Assembly (NCBI GenBank): GCA_028534125.1
Contig: CM052832.1
Coordinates: 6,016,001 to 6,080,000 of the forward strand
Reading direction: 5' to 3'
From: Lama glama
Taxonomy: Eukaryota
DNA length: 64,000 nt
Numbering within the stretch: position 1 is the first letter of the stretch; each line of letters starts with the position of its first letter. Under the pieces are notes generated by a model. The model had not been told where the DNA came from and did not search any database. It saw only the letters and a list, made by a program, of their open reading frames with translations. A program made the translations under genes and the position numbers. Shown here piece by piece: positions 38,670-52,005 of this stretch.

Positions 38670-39260
38670 TTCATGAAAAGTATGAGGTTTTATTGGAGGA
38701 CATAAAGGAAGACAAATGAAAGGGGAGTTAGGCCATGTTCAGTGATAGAAAACTTATTATCATAAATATAGCATTTTCCCCTAAAATTGATGCAATGCAA
38801 CTGAATAAATATATCACAGATTTGGGCGAGCAATTAAATAAACTGGTTCTGAATCTGTACAGAAGAACAAAAGGCCAAAACAGTAAAAACACTTTAGTGA
38901 AAAGAAAGTGAAGGGACTTTTTAAAAACTAAGATATAAAGAAAAATTATATGATACTATAATCAGTGTGTACTGGCATAAAAACAGATATATTGATAAGT
39001 GAAACAAAATAGAGGGTCCATAACAGTCAAACCTGATTTATAACAGGCAAAAAGTGAGGGGGAAAAACTGAATCTTACATGATGCTTGTAAAACTAGCAT
39101 TTCGCATTTAGGGAGTAGGGAATAAAATTGGATTCCTACTTCACACATTTGATATTAAAATTAACAGCTTCTTTTCATCAAAAGCAACCATGTAAAAGAA
39201 GCCAATCACTAACCAGAGATATTTTTCACACAGAAAGTTAACAAGGAATCTGCATCTCTG
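38670..39260 (+). mobile_element. Highly diverged L1 (L1ME-like) ORF2 fragment
   Basis: ggccatgttcagtgatagaa, cagtgtgtactggcataaaaacag, aaaattggattcctacttcacac. Confidence 0.6.
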
Positions 39261-40349
39261 GGTGTTTACGTCTAACGCAATGTTAACTACGCACTATCTA
39301 ACCGGTAGGATTTCAGATTATTTTGACTTCTTTGTACTGTTCAGAGTGTTTAATGCTTGCTTTTTTTGTTTAACAATGTGTGTCATTTTGCAAACAGAAA
39401 AAAAGTTTTGCATTTTGGGAAGACTGTTACGTTGGTGAAAACTTATTAAAATACAGAACATACAAGACACAAAATCTTTCACAATGTAGACTGCTTCATT
39501 TCTACTGGTAATGTACCGCAGGAAAAATATTTCAATTTGCTATTAATAACACATGACGTAATATATGAACACCTCAGTTTTCAGACTGCACTAAATATTT
39601 CTCAAACTAATAAAAATACGAAAATCTATGTAAAAACTGGTAGTTACAACCTCAACACGCCAGAGAGCACTCATTTCGGATTCTCCTGAACATCCCATGT
39701 GCCACCTACATTTTAAGAAGATAGAATAGAAGTCTTATCTCTTACTGTTGCTTTCTGTGGTGCAGGAGACCAAGAACTTGGCTTGACATTCAAATCTTGT
39801 TCCTCTAGGAAAGTAACTCCAATTTGACCAAATGTGATTAAGAGTACAGGTTCAGGAACCAGGTCAAATGAGTACAAAGCCTGGTTCTATCCTGTTCGCT
39901 AGCTAAATAACTAGATATTTGTGTTATCTTTTAGCAAAAATTAACCACACGAATAAGTACAACATATTAATTAAAGACAAGGACAGTGTCTCTCATTTCC
40001 AAAAAAAAAAAATTACAATATATTGCTCAAGATCTAGAAACATTTTCCAGACCTTCAATATTTGCTGAGACATAATCAAATCCATGAATATTGGACATCA
40101 TTAATCTTCTGAGAACAAAAAATGCACAAAAAAAGAGGGGGAAGCACAATAAAAATATATACAGTCTACACTGAATAGGGAAAACTCAGGTTTACAGCCT
40201 TCCAAACACATAATGCCAACTAAAATGTTATCAAAAGTTTCAAGTGACTTCAGGCTCTAAGCAAAGTTATAAATAAGGTTAACTCTGAGTTAGGCTCCAC
40301 CTCTTCCACCTGTGAAATCTCCTCCTGCTACAATCTGCTACCACCAGAT

Positions 40350-40392
40350 ACACACACAGGCGCGCGCGCACACACACACACACACACTCTTC

Positions 40393-40441
<49 letters not shown>

Positions 40442-40443
40442 AC
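40350..40443. repeat. Compound microsatellite (CA)n(CG)n(CA)n(CT)n(CA)n
   Basis: Direct reading. Confidence 0.95.
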
Positions 40444-41321
40444 CCCAATCTACTCTGTTCCCTAATTCCTGGACACACGGTACCCCCAAATCACTCTTTC
40501 GTGACCATTCATCTTTAATAGCAATTTTACTGAGTACCTATAAATCTTAGTAAGGCTTCCAGTCTGCCCTTCCTTTTACCTAATCAGCCAGTAAATCAAA
40601 TACAAATTAACATTGTAACATCTCTTTCTACAAACTTTGCTTCCTCTCCTTACTCTGAAAATGACTCCAGGAGAGCCAGTAAAAAGAGGAGTCCTCACTT
40701 GAGAGTGCCACGTGTTGACAAAGCAAACTCAGAAAAGCTGAATCTCACTCTACAAAAGAGGGAAGCCTCCTACACAGCAGGTAATGTCAACACCAAACTG
40801 GCCAAGAAAAAAAAATACAATGTGGATAATTTCCATATAGATAAGAATGTACTATACATTCTTTTAGTTTCACAGATAAGTAATAGGAAGCAGCAAATTA
40901 AAGGAAAAGATGAAAAATATAAGCACATGAGGGGTAGCCTTAAAAAGGCTGGCTGGAGACGGTATAGTTATATTCTTTATCTATTAAAGTAATCAAAGAT
41001 ACTTCATTCTGATTACACTAACCAAAAACAGGTAACTTAAAAGGTTAATCAACAAAATTCACAAACCACTCCTTCATGTTGAAATATTATCTATTTTACA
41101 ACTTGGTTATCTGAGCATGACCAGTAAAGGACCATGACCTGAAAACAGAAAGCAATTAACTTCTCTACATCACAGAATCAAAGGTCGCAAAGAGTAAGAA
41201 AAACCAGATTAGAAGGCAAGTGTTTCTTTTTACTTCTCAAGAAGAGAGACAGGTATCTTAAATCACCAAATCCCTAAACAGAGTTACAGTTTTGCTTATG
41301 CTAATTAAAATCTGAGGAATA

Positions 41322-42092
41322 CAGTAGTCTGTCCTTATCCACAGGGTCCCAAGACCTCCAGGGGATGCCTGGAACCATGGATTGCACTGAGCCTTACATA
41401 CACTGTGTTTTTTCCTAAATATATATACCTATGATAAAGTTTAATTTATAAATTAGACACAGTACGAGATTAACAACAACTGATAATAGAAAATGATAAC
41501 AATTTACTCTGGTAAAAGTTATGTGCATGTGGTCTCTCTCAAAATCTCTTACAAATACAGTGCCTCTTCCAACTTAACAAGCACTTATCACACACACCGT
41601 GGCCATAACTGTTCCTGTTTGAGGTGAGACAACAAAACTGATATGAATATTTTTCTTCTTCACAATTTCACAGAAGATTCATTCTTACCACGCACAGATC
41701 TTTGCAACCTCATATGATTATTTTTTTCTTTCCTTATTAAGTCAAGAGCTTTCATCTTTTCACTTAAAGGACACACTTTACAGCTTTTGCTGGCATATCT
41801 GTATTGTCAGTGTCACAACTCTTGAGCTCAGCAGCCGTTATTAAGTAAAATAAGGGTTACTTCAACACAGGCGCTGTGATACCGTGACAGTTGATCTGAT
41901 AACCAAGACAGCTACTAGGTGACTAACAGGTGGGACAGGCTGGACAGAGGGATGATTCACGTCCCAGATGTAATGGCATGCGATTTAAGACTTACGAATT
42001 GTTTACTTCTGGAATTTTCTGTTTAATATTTTCAGACTACAGCTTCCTAGCTGAAGCTTCAGAAAGCAAAACCATGGATAAGAGGGGGACTA
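41322..42092. mobile_element. MER44/Tigger7-type non-autonomous TcMar-Tigger element
   Basis: TIRs cagtagtctgtccttatcc ... ggataagagggggacta, TA on the left; internal taagtaaaataagggttactt. Confidence 0.85.
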
Positions 42093-45000
42093 GACTTAAT
42101 TATTTTTAAGTTAACATTCAGGATTTCCAATAGCATCATATAAAACGAGTACCTCCACCTTTACAGAAGCATAAATCAGACAATATGGAAGGGTGATATT
42201 ACTAAAGAATAAGAAAAATAAGCAGGATTAAATGTTTATTTGATGTACATCCACTGTTTGACCTTTGACTGAGTCAAAATTAAACCCATACTTAAAAGAA
42301 TAGGTTTCCAACGTAACAAAGTGGTTTACCTCATTCCTAAAGTTTTCATTTTGTTTCCTGGAATATAAGTGACAGCATATAAGGTATGATCCAGAAAGAA
42401 CTACCTTAAGGCATTAGATTTTCTTTTTCTTTTTTCATTATGATTAAATTAAATGGATCCCCCCCCCCCAAAAAACACCTTAAGTCCAAACAAAATGACC
42501 AACAGGAGAAAGTCTCCGTGATATGAAATCAGCTCGTACCTCCCTGAGTGCCACGTATCAGAATCGTCAAGGAAAACAACAATGACAGATATAGCACACC
42601 GGGGCCACTGTGACAGTTTCTCAACTAACTCTCTTTCCCTAAATACGCTATTCTCCACATGACTGCTCTGTCTCCAAGTTTAACAACGGGCCTCGCTATT
42701 TTCACAGCTCCTCCCCAATCTGGAAAAGGCGAACGTAGGAAAGGTGTGTGTGTGTTGGGGGGGGTTATGTACATTCATTGTCAATGGCATCCTACTCCTT
42801 TCCTTTTTCTCATACAAGAATGTTAACAAGGGCCAAGCGAAGCAGAGTGGGAAAAGCACTGAAGAAAGAACTCTTCTTACCAATATTCTTTCAGACATAC
42901 CACACTTACTGAAATGGACTGAAACTGCCCCAGCAGATTATGATGGTCGCACTTTTTCATACTAGTTCTGTTAATTCAAAAACGTTATTTTAGCTTTCCA
43001 CCCGAGGATAAAAAGGGTTTGAGGATAAGCTCTGCAGTGTATCTGTGACTCAAAAGACATTAGGCCTACATAGAGACCCTTCTCTCAAAGCTGCTGGACT
43101 CCTTGAGGTCACTGACAAACAGGTAATGAGTCCTGATCCAAAGAGCAAAACCAGGAGATGTCTCAGAAGCCTAGGTTCTGACACTCCTGCTTTAAATTAT
43201 TTCTACAACTTGAATTACCTTAGCAGAAATAAATGTATTAACTTCTAAGGGCAAAAATTAGAGTTTAACTTTCCAGGTAAGTCCCAGGTAAACACGAACA
43301 TGATTTACATAACAATGTCTTGAATTTAAATTTGTGGTGTGAAAAATGTAAAAGGAGGGGAGGGTACAAATAATTCAGTTTAAAACATTTTCTATAGAAA
43401 ACTGTCTGTAAGGTATCTACCAAATTCCTAAAAGTGGAAGGACATGAGGGAAGAGTTACAAGGAAAGAAATGTACTTTTCACAGTAGGTATTTTCTACAT
43501 TGTTTGAATTTTGTTTAAACATGTATTACTTCACTAATTTTTTTTTTAATAAAAAAACTGCTGTGCCCACAAATTGTCTTAGGGCATCTAGAGAAAGGTC
43601 TTAGCTGTGCAAGCACACACTAAATCTAAGTCCTTACACGTCTTTTCTAGCATTGCCTGTATTGAACTGCTTCTCTAACTCAGTCCATACAGTCTACAAG
43701 GGATTCAAAGTGCATCAAAAATAACCCAAACCTCAGAACAAATTGCTCTTAATCAGCATGTAAAGCATAGTTCATGTTTCACGGTGTATAACAAAAAAAA
43801 GGGCTGGGAGGTACCATAAATAACTAGAGACAACTCTGACATTTCATATACTGGTTTTGTTTTAATTCCCAATAAGTAAAGTTATCTTCCATTTAATATT
43901 CTGACATCAGCATTTGTTCCTCCTCTAACATGTTTCCAATTAATGAAAGCATATCCAACTCCAAACATTCTTCTGATGTAAAGTTAGCTTCCTGAACTGT
44001 TCTGAGTCACCAATATGTCTTCAAACACTTGAAAACACCACTGAGGTTCATCTAAACAAACGAGCAGTTTTCATAAAGTAAGGAATAGAAAATAATAAAG
44101 GTCACATAAAACCAAACTATCATTTCCTTCATTCAAATAATAATTCTTCCTAAGGAAATAGTGGAATAAGATTTTAAAACTAAATGAGAATTTCATTTTC
44201 CAAAAAAAAAAAAAAAATCACTGAGACCCTTCCAAAGCAGCAATCTTATCATCATCTTATTCCCCATACTTTTTTAAAAGTAGCTCTTAAAAAGATATTA
44301 AATAAATTTAAAGATCTAATGTCTACTTCGTCATTTAACCTAAGAAATCTAGAAATAACATGAAAAACATTTTTGAATGCAAGATAAGTTGTTGAACTGC
44401 CTAATATTTAAGAAAAAAGGTGATGCAGTGATTTCAATCTTTTTTTCTAAACAGGAAAAAAATTTTGCTAGAAATGTAGGTCAAAACAAAGAAAAAAACC
44501 AAATGATTTTTATTCACTTATCAGCTTAAGCATGAGTAACTTTTGTTTCTTTGTTCCTTATTACATCAAAAAGTCTCAAACACTTTATCAAGCTCTGAGA
44601 ACTCTTCAAAAGGGACCAAAATTCCACTTTAAATCTAAAAATATAAGGAACAGCAATTCACTTACCACCACCTGAGACATCTTCTGTAAACATATCCACT
44701 TACTTTTTAAAGCCCCATGAAAACACTGTAGCAATAACAGGTATGTAATAATCTGTAGCACCTCCAGGATCGGTACAAAGCGCACAAGAAAGCTGCTTCA
44801 AAGCTTGAAGAGCAGCACCCCCCACCACAAAACCATCCTGCTAACACTCGTCACGTTCGACTAATAAAAATATTTCTTTTAACCTCTTTCGGTTATCTTC
44901 TTGCACTGATACTTCTCTGCTTTCTCCATAACCCCCAGGCTTCAATACTTGTAAAACTATCAAATGTGCCTTCAGTAGTAATGCTCCTCCCATCCTCCTC

Positions 45001-46078
45001 CCCAGCTTCCTCTGACACGCTCAGGTGGATCAGACTATGCCCCTATCACATACGACACGCGTCAGTGAACAGAGGTCGCTAACAGTTATTAAATGCCTAC
45101 AGCTACTCAACTGCACAGTGAGCTACCCTCATGCTTATTTTAATCTTCAGAAGGGATAACTTAAAATAAAGGATATCAACTATGCTTATCAATCTTTCAC
45201 TAAATGCTAATCTAATCTTTTGTTAAAGGTAATTAACATTACATTTTTCCAAGCACTGGCTTTATAATCACAGCTTAAGGAAAAACAGCTATTCCTACAC
45301 CACTTCTAACAGGAGAAACTTCTATAGCGTGAGTTTTTAGACTGTTAAAATGTGCACTGCAATCTCTACTAAAATGCATCACCATCTAGATTGCCTTGTG
45401 GAAAGAGGGGATGTATTTTTCCCTAAGAAAAAGTACTGAATACTCTACTCTTTCCTCATGGATTTGTAATGTTAAAGAATTAAGCCAAAATTGAAAAGAA
45501 ATATGTTAGTTTATCAGATTTTTCTACAATCTCAACTTTAATGTTTTGGACTAAAGTAGAGAGTCAAGTGTCTGATTTGTTAGTGTAAACTTTGAGATTC
45601 AGTATCAGTGTCTTAGCTGATACAAAGAAAGCAAGATTGATGAAACTCTTAGACTGAAAATCAAAACATCAAAACCAATGAAAACACAGAAGAGTATCTT
45701 TAAACATTCTCTACTCCCAAGCTGTCCTTAGACAAGTCGCAGAAAGTACTGATGAAAGATAAAGGACATCTAAGCAGAAGACAAAGGACAAAGAGCAAAA
45801 CTCTGTAAATTACCAAGAGCTACCCAAAGGACGGGTAGACAGGTGGTCAAATACACACACACATGTACAAACACACATACACCCACCATTTTATTATCCA
45901 CCAGGACGCCAAGCAACCATGACATTCATTACAGCAGTACTTGGGTCTCTAGTTTTTTCAATTCTGCAGAGTAAAAATTAATCTACAGCTCTTTAGTTTT
46001 AAAAAAAATACTTTAATATATTTCTTTAAGGTTAAATCTTATGAAGCAACAGCTAGGAATTTAACTGAGAATGCTTAC

Positions 46079-46239
46079 CTTAGCAAAATTATCAGGAAAC
46101 ATTCCTCTTCTGCCATTTAGTTCTCCTTCTAGCCATCCTTCCTCCTGCAGTTTTCTCACATTCCTGATGACTTCCCCAACTCGAATAGTTAACTCATCAT
46201 CGTGCACAGCATCATAGTCATACTCCACAATATAGTCAA
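46079..46239 (-). CDS. CD2AP: CD2AP coding exon 2 (161 nt), SH3A: (V)[53 protein letters not shown]
   Basis: Acceptor ttttttag|TTGACT, donor AAG|gtaagc; also in ORF track 46061..46261; matches the CD2AP N-terminal SH3. Confidence 0.98.
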
Positions 46240-46510
46240 CTAAAAAAGGAAAAAGAAACAAATATCTAAAACTTAATTCACAAAACAGTACTGACCATAT
46301 TAATAAACTTAAAACTAAGGAAGCTGTTTAGCAACAATAATTAGTATTATAAAGACATCACCAAAGCTTACCTCAATTTTAAACATTTGGCTACATCAGC
46401 AAATTTCCTAATTGCCTGAGTATAATGCACAGTACCAGCTTTAAGCAGAGCCCTCAACACAACATATAATTCATATGATCGGTTATTCTGCCAGTCAGCT
46501 ATACATTCTT

Positions 46511-46997
46511 TGTGACAAACTCTAAGGTGGTTCCCATGATTCCCATTTCTTGATATTCATGTCCTTGTCTAATTCTCTCTCTCAAGTGTAGGCATGGCCT
46601 ATGCCTGACTTCTAACCAACAGAATATGACAAAGATGATGGATTGTATTGACTATGTAAGATTTTAATGTCCATCTTGCTAAGAAACTGTCACTTGCTGG
46701 CTTTGAAGTTGCAAGCTGCTTTGTTGTGAGCTGGCCTGTGGAGGGCCACACGCAAGCAACTGAGGAGGTCTCTGGCTGACAGCCAGGAAAAACTGAGGCT
46801 CACAGTCCGGCAGCCCACAGGGAACTGAATTATGCCAACACCCACGAGCGCTTGGAAGCAGATCTTACCCTAGTTGACAACCCCACCCTCATCAACACCT
46901 TCACTGCAGCCTTGCAGAGGACTCAGCCATGCCCAGAATGCTGCATCACAAAAACTGTGATATAATAAACATACCTTGTTTTAAGCTGCTAAGTTTA
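46511..46997 (+). mobile_element. MLT1 (E/F/G-like) MaLR solo LTR
   Basis: tgtg start; tgctggctttgaag, ctggctgacagccagga, ggaactgaattatgccaaca, ttgttttaagctgctaagttt. Confidence 0.85.
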
Positions 46998-48314
46998 AAA
47001 ACAGAAAATGAGTACATCCTGAAATGAAGACTGCTAAGTATCTATTCCACCTCCTTTAAGTCTAAGATTTTAGGTCACAGGACATCACACATGCACAACA
47101 TGAACACTGTACAGGACTCAATGAAAGAAAAGCACTAGAGAGTTCCTAATCAAGATGGCAGACTAGCCACACCTCTATTCATCTTTTCTTCCTCCTGTAT
47201 GAATGGTAAGAAAAAAATAGAACACACACACACACACACACAACTACAACCCCAAAAAGAAATGGGACTGTGGGCAGACACTGTTGGCTGCCCGACCAAC
47301 AGCCATTCCCTCACTAACTCCTCCTCCTTCCTCCTTTCTCACTGAACCTTGACTTTGTTCAGGTGTTTTGAGACTCTGTACTTTTACAAGTGAGTCTGCT
47401 CTCAGTCCCAGGGGGTTAATTCTTAATTATTCTAGACAAGTACTTCTCAAATACTAGTACAATCAAGGCATCCTGTTGACTTGCAGAAGTCGTCTTGTGA
47501 CTTGGGGAATTTTGCTTAAATGCAGACTGATTGAGTAGGTCCCAGGATACATAAGCCTGCTGGTCAAAGGGGCGAAGGAATAAAAATAGTTGATTTATAG
47601 TTATTCCATTCACATTCTCTCACACGCACACAAACTCAGACTGGCTTTCAAATACACATGTGATGGATGGATTCTGACTAATACGATGTACGCAGGGGTT
47701 CTGAGAAGATTTTATTTGACCTTATAAGAAAACACAAAAAAGGAACGTCCTTTTACAGAACTTGGATGCTCTTCACCAAGAATGTAATGGCCAAAACTGC
47801 TACAACTATTTGAGACAAGAAAAACAGCAGATATGATCAGGATAGAAAAGAAGATGAAAAGAGCCTGGATCTCACTAGATTAATCAAACTACGTTAACCA
47901 AGCCCAGAACTCCAATACCTTTGAGATTTCTTGTTATAGAAGTATTTTTTCCTAAACTTTAAAGTAAATTAAAGAGAGGATCTGTATTTTCAGCTGAAAG
48001 TATCCCAATCTGAGAAGTGAACTAGCAGGAAATTTTTAAAACTTATGAAAATGGACCCATGAACGATAAAGCCAGGAAGAGGAAGCCCAGAGAACTTAAC
48101 GGAAACTATAACCGATATCAAACTGCTATGCAGAACCCCGGAAAAGTCTAGGAATTCAGAAAAGAAGGGCTTATGGGAAACGCAGAACTGAAAATAGGGA
48201 AATTAATCTCTCTGTGGAGGAGGTGACACCCATTATCAACTACAATAGCTCTCAGACAATAAGGCTATTAGGCTGGTATTTTTCCCCTAAGGTGAAAAAC
48301 TAAAGGGTTAATCT

Positions 48315-48317
<3 letters not shown>

Positions 48318-48347
<30 letters not shown>
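48318..48347. repeat. (CA)n microsatellite
   Basis: Direct reading. Confidence 0.95.
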
Positions 48348-48349
<2 letters not shown>

Positions 48350-48689
48350 GTTTGGGGAAATGAGTATAGCAACTATGGATGAGTGATGGTTTCTTAGAAA
48401 AATGACTACTGATTTCCAGAATTTAGAAGTCTCCGGAGCAATGGGCAGCATCCAACTGACTAATTCTAAAATAAAACTTCAGTCCTACCCACATAAACAG
48501 GGTTCCCAGTTGGCTTCTTATTCATGATTTATTCATAAATATGAACAGTAAGTAGACAATAGTTAATCATACAAGACCATGATAAATTGAAAAAATCCTC
48601 CTAGATGAAACATACACTTACCTCGCCCATTCCAGAACAATTCAGTCCTAAAGTCATTAGATGTAGAAAAGCACACGGGAGGGGAGGGG

Positions 48690-49800
48690 AGACCTAGGTG
48701 GGGAAGGAGCCCAGTGTGAGAAGACAGGGACCAGAAAGAGGAAAGCAGATATAGGTATCCAGAGCTGGGGTGGGGGTGGTAGTGAAGCTATGAGAGCCAG
48801 AGCAGGGTGAGAAGAGCATCACCTATGGAGGCTTCCTTAGGGCAGGTTATCAGAACCTAAGGCAAGGTGAGGGCAGCATCCCTGCAGAGGAGACATGATG
48901 CAGTGTGCCAGAGCCAGTCACAGCAAAGAGGGCACCCAAGCTGAGGGTAGTTTAGTGAGGATCATCAGAGGTCAAATGGTGTAGGAGATAGGGGCAGATT
49001 TCCACGTAGAGATGTCGGAGGGTGGAGGCAACTAAAAGCCCACAAGGAGAAGAGGGTGACCACACAAGGGTGCGGAGTGACAGCTGAGATGGAAGACCCA
49101 TTACATTCATGGGGACTGATCAAATAAGTAAATATACTAAGGACATGGAAGCCATGTTTCTCTACAAAAGGAAGGGAGTTACATAAAGGGAAAAGACTTC
49201 ATTCAATCCTATGATGTTAAATGGGCATGAGAAGTATCATTATGATTTTCGATACAGAGACACACACAGACACACACACACAAGCTCTGTTCACTGAAAG
49301 GGCCTGAATCTGCAACACCCAACGGCAACGAGCAAACCTAACGCAGAGATCTTCTAAATACCACTTTCTAGTGAAAGGAAACAGGAATCCTCAGGAAGAC
49401 AGGCAATTCCAGGACTAAGGCAGAACAAGTACAAGATAAGGCCAGAACACGCACGGTGTTGTGCCAGAAACCAAGGAAGTTCTCGAAGAAAGATAAGGTG
49501 ATGCCAAAGGACACAGAGAAGTGATATCAAAAAGGCTCCTACTGGCCAAATCAAGACAATAAATAATATCAAAATAAGTAAATAAAATAAATATCAAATA
49601 ATGACAGTAACAGAATATACCCCATTGAATAATTAAGGAACCATGAGTCCATACATATGTAAGTTAATTTCTTAAATTTTACAGTTGAATTGTGATTAAC
49701 CAGGAGAAATCCCGGTTTGTAGAAAATACTAAAATATTCAGGAGATTGGCATCAGTCAGGAAAAAATTCTTTCTAGTAGACCTTAAACATTTCTACAACT
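48690..49800 (+). mobile_element. Old L1 (L1MC-like) 3' region fragments
   Basis: gggactgatcaaataagtaaatatactaagg, gctctgttcactgaaagggcct, cttctaaataccactttctagtgaaagga. Confidence 0.6.
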
Positions 49801-50299
49801 TAAAAGTTTAAAAATTAAAAAAGATTTAAATACGTACAAATTTTTATTCTCAAGAGATGTAATAAAGTTCATAAAATCAGAACAGAATGCTATGAAAGAA
49901 GGAGTAAGAAAATAAAAAGCCTTTGGAAATTTGTGTCTTTCAACATGTCTTAACAAATCTTTTTTTGAAGAGGTGGAGAAAAACCCAAGAAAATTATTAC
50001 AAAAAAGGTAAACAGGACACTAGATAAGACTTGACAGAGAGGCCGAGCGGCCCTTACAGCAGCTCTGCCCTTCCAGGGTTTGAGAGCGGAGTCCAGGAAC
50101 TGTCAAGGGTGGTAGCTCTGAGAATCCACATGCGTGCGCAGTTTGGGACGGGAGCCTGATAACTGCACCCTCGCTCTGCAGCCCAGTTTGCTACGTGGAT
50201 GACTCAGGAAACAGCACACCATTCAAGTAGTTCAGAACAAAAGGGAAGTAACCAGAATTCTCTCTAGAAGATATCCTGGACCTAAAATTGTGTCAAGAA

Positions 50300-51315
50300 T
50301 TATTTTTCAATTTACAACATCCAGACACAAGGAAACATAACCAGGCATGTAAAGTGAAAAAAAAAACCACAAATAAGTACGGAGAGAAACAAGAAACAAC
50401 AGAAACATTCCAATGAATTCCGAATACGGAACGTAACAGATAGACTTTAAAACAACAGCATCTACCATGTTCAAGCGTGTAAACTACAGCTTGAAAAACT
50501 GACACAGAGCTGAATATTGCAGACAGTGAGAAAACAAACTGAAAAAGAACCACACAGGTATTCTAGAACTGAGAAAGACAATGACCAAAAATAGGAACTC
50601 AATGAATGAGTTTAAAAGTTATTAAACTTTCTAATTAGATACAGTTGCAGAAAACTAGCTAAAGACAGACAAGCAAAAAGAAACTAACCAAAATAAAGCC
50701 AAGAGGAACAAAAATACAGAAAATATAGATGAGAATGTAAGAGACATAGAAGATATACTAAGACGGTCTAACATGTTTAACTGGAGTCTCAGAAAGAAAA
50801 AATTAAAAGTATCTGAAAAGTTAATAGCTGTGACTGACCAAACTGAGAAAAGATAACAATTCATGGAGTCAAGAGGTCTGAGTAAAGCCAAATGGAATAA
50901 ACAAAAAGAAATCTGCAAACAGCATAGTAAAATTGCAAAATATCAAATATCAAACAGAAAGAGAAAGAAGGATCTCAAAAAGACAAATTCTTAAAAGGTT
51001 AGCGGGTTAGAGGAGCAACACTTAAATAGGCAGCTGACTTCTCGGCAGCAACAATGGAAGCCAGAAACAGCAGATTCGTATCTTCAAAATGCAGAAAGAA
51101 TATAGCTGTGCATCATGAAGTGTACACCAGAGAAAATACCCTATGAAACAAAAGAAAAAATAAAGACAAGCAAAAAATGGAGTTTACCACACTGAAAGAA
51201 ACTCAGAAGGTGTTCCCTGAGCAGAGCAAAAAAAAAAAAGAAAAAACATCCAATATTCAGAAAGAGATGCAGAAAGTAAAGCAAAAGAGTGGTAAATAAA
51301 TAGGTATATAAAGAC
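50300..51315 (+). mobile_element. Old L1 ORF1-region remnant
   Basis: ttctagaactgagaaagacaatgaccaaaa, tctaacatgtttaactggagtctcagaa, cagctgacttctcggcagcaacaatggaagccagaaac. Confidence 0.75.
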
Positions 51316-51324
51316 TGAAAAGAA

Positions 51325-52005
51325 CAAATTAACTCAAAATGGATTAAAGACTTAAAACCTGAAACCATAAAACTCCTAGAAGAAAACAAAGGCATCAGTC
51401 CCGGGGAGGATTTTTTGGACTTGACATCAAAAGCAGAGGCAACAAAAGCAAAAATTAACAAGCAGAACTACATCAAACTAAATCTTCTGCACAGAAAGGA
51501 AGCCATCTACAAAGTGCAAAGACAACCTCTAGAACGGGAGAAAGTATCTGCAAATCATCTCTCTGATAAAGGGTTAGTAAGAACTCATACAACTTAATGG
51601 CAAAAATAAATAAATAAATAACCCAATCTGATTAAAAAATGGACAGAGGATAGGAATAAACATTTTCCCAAAGAAGACATACAGTCAACAGGTACATGAA
51701 AAGGTACCCAACATAGCTAATCATCAAGGAAATGCAAATCAAAATTTCGGGTTATAAAGTAAATAAGTCCCTGTGGATGTAATGTATAGCATGGTGACTA
51801 TAGTTAATAAAACTATATTACATATTTTGAAGTTGCTAAGGAGTAAATCTTTTAAAAGTTCTCATCAGGAGAAAAAAATGTGTAACTATGTATGATGATG
51901 GATGTTAACTAGATTTATTGTGATCATATCTCAATATATATAAATATCAAATCATTATGCCCTACACCTGAAACTAACATACTGTTATAGTCCAACAAAA
52001 AAAAT
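51325..52005 (+). mobile_element. Younger L1 fragment (late ORF2 joined to distal 3'UTR) nested in the older L1
   Basis: aactcaaaatggattaaagacttaaa...gaaatgcaaatcaaaa then directly gggttataaagtaaataagtcc...tacacctgaaactaac plus A-tail. Confidence 0.85.
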
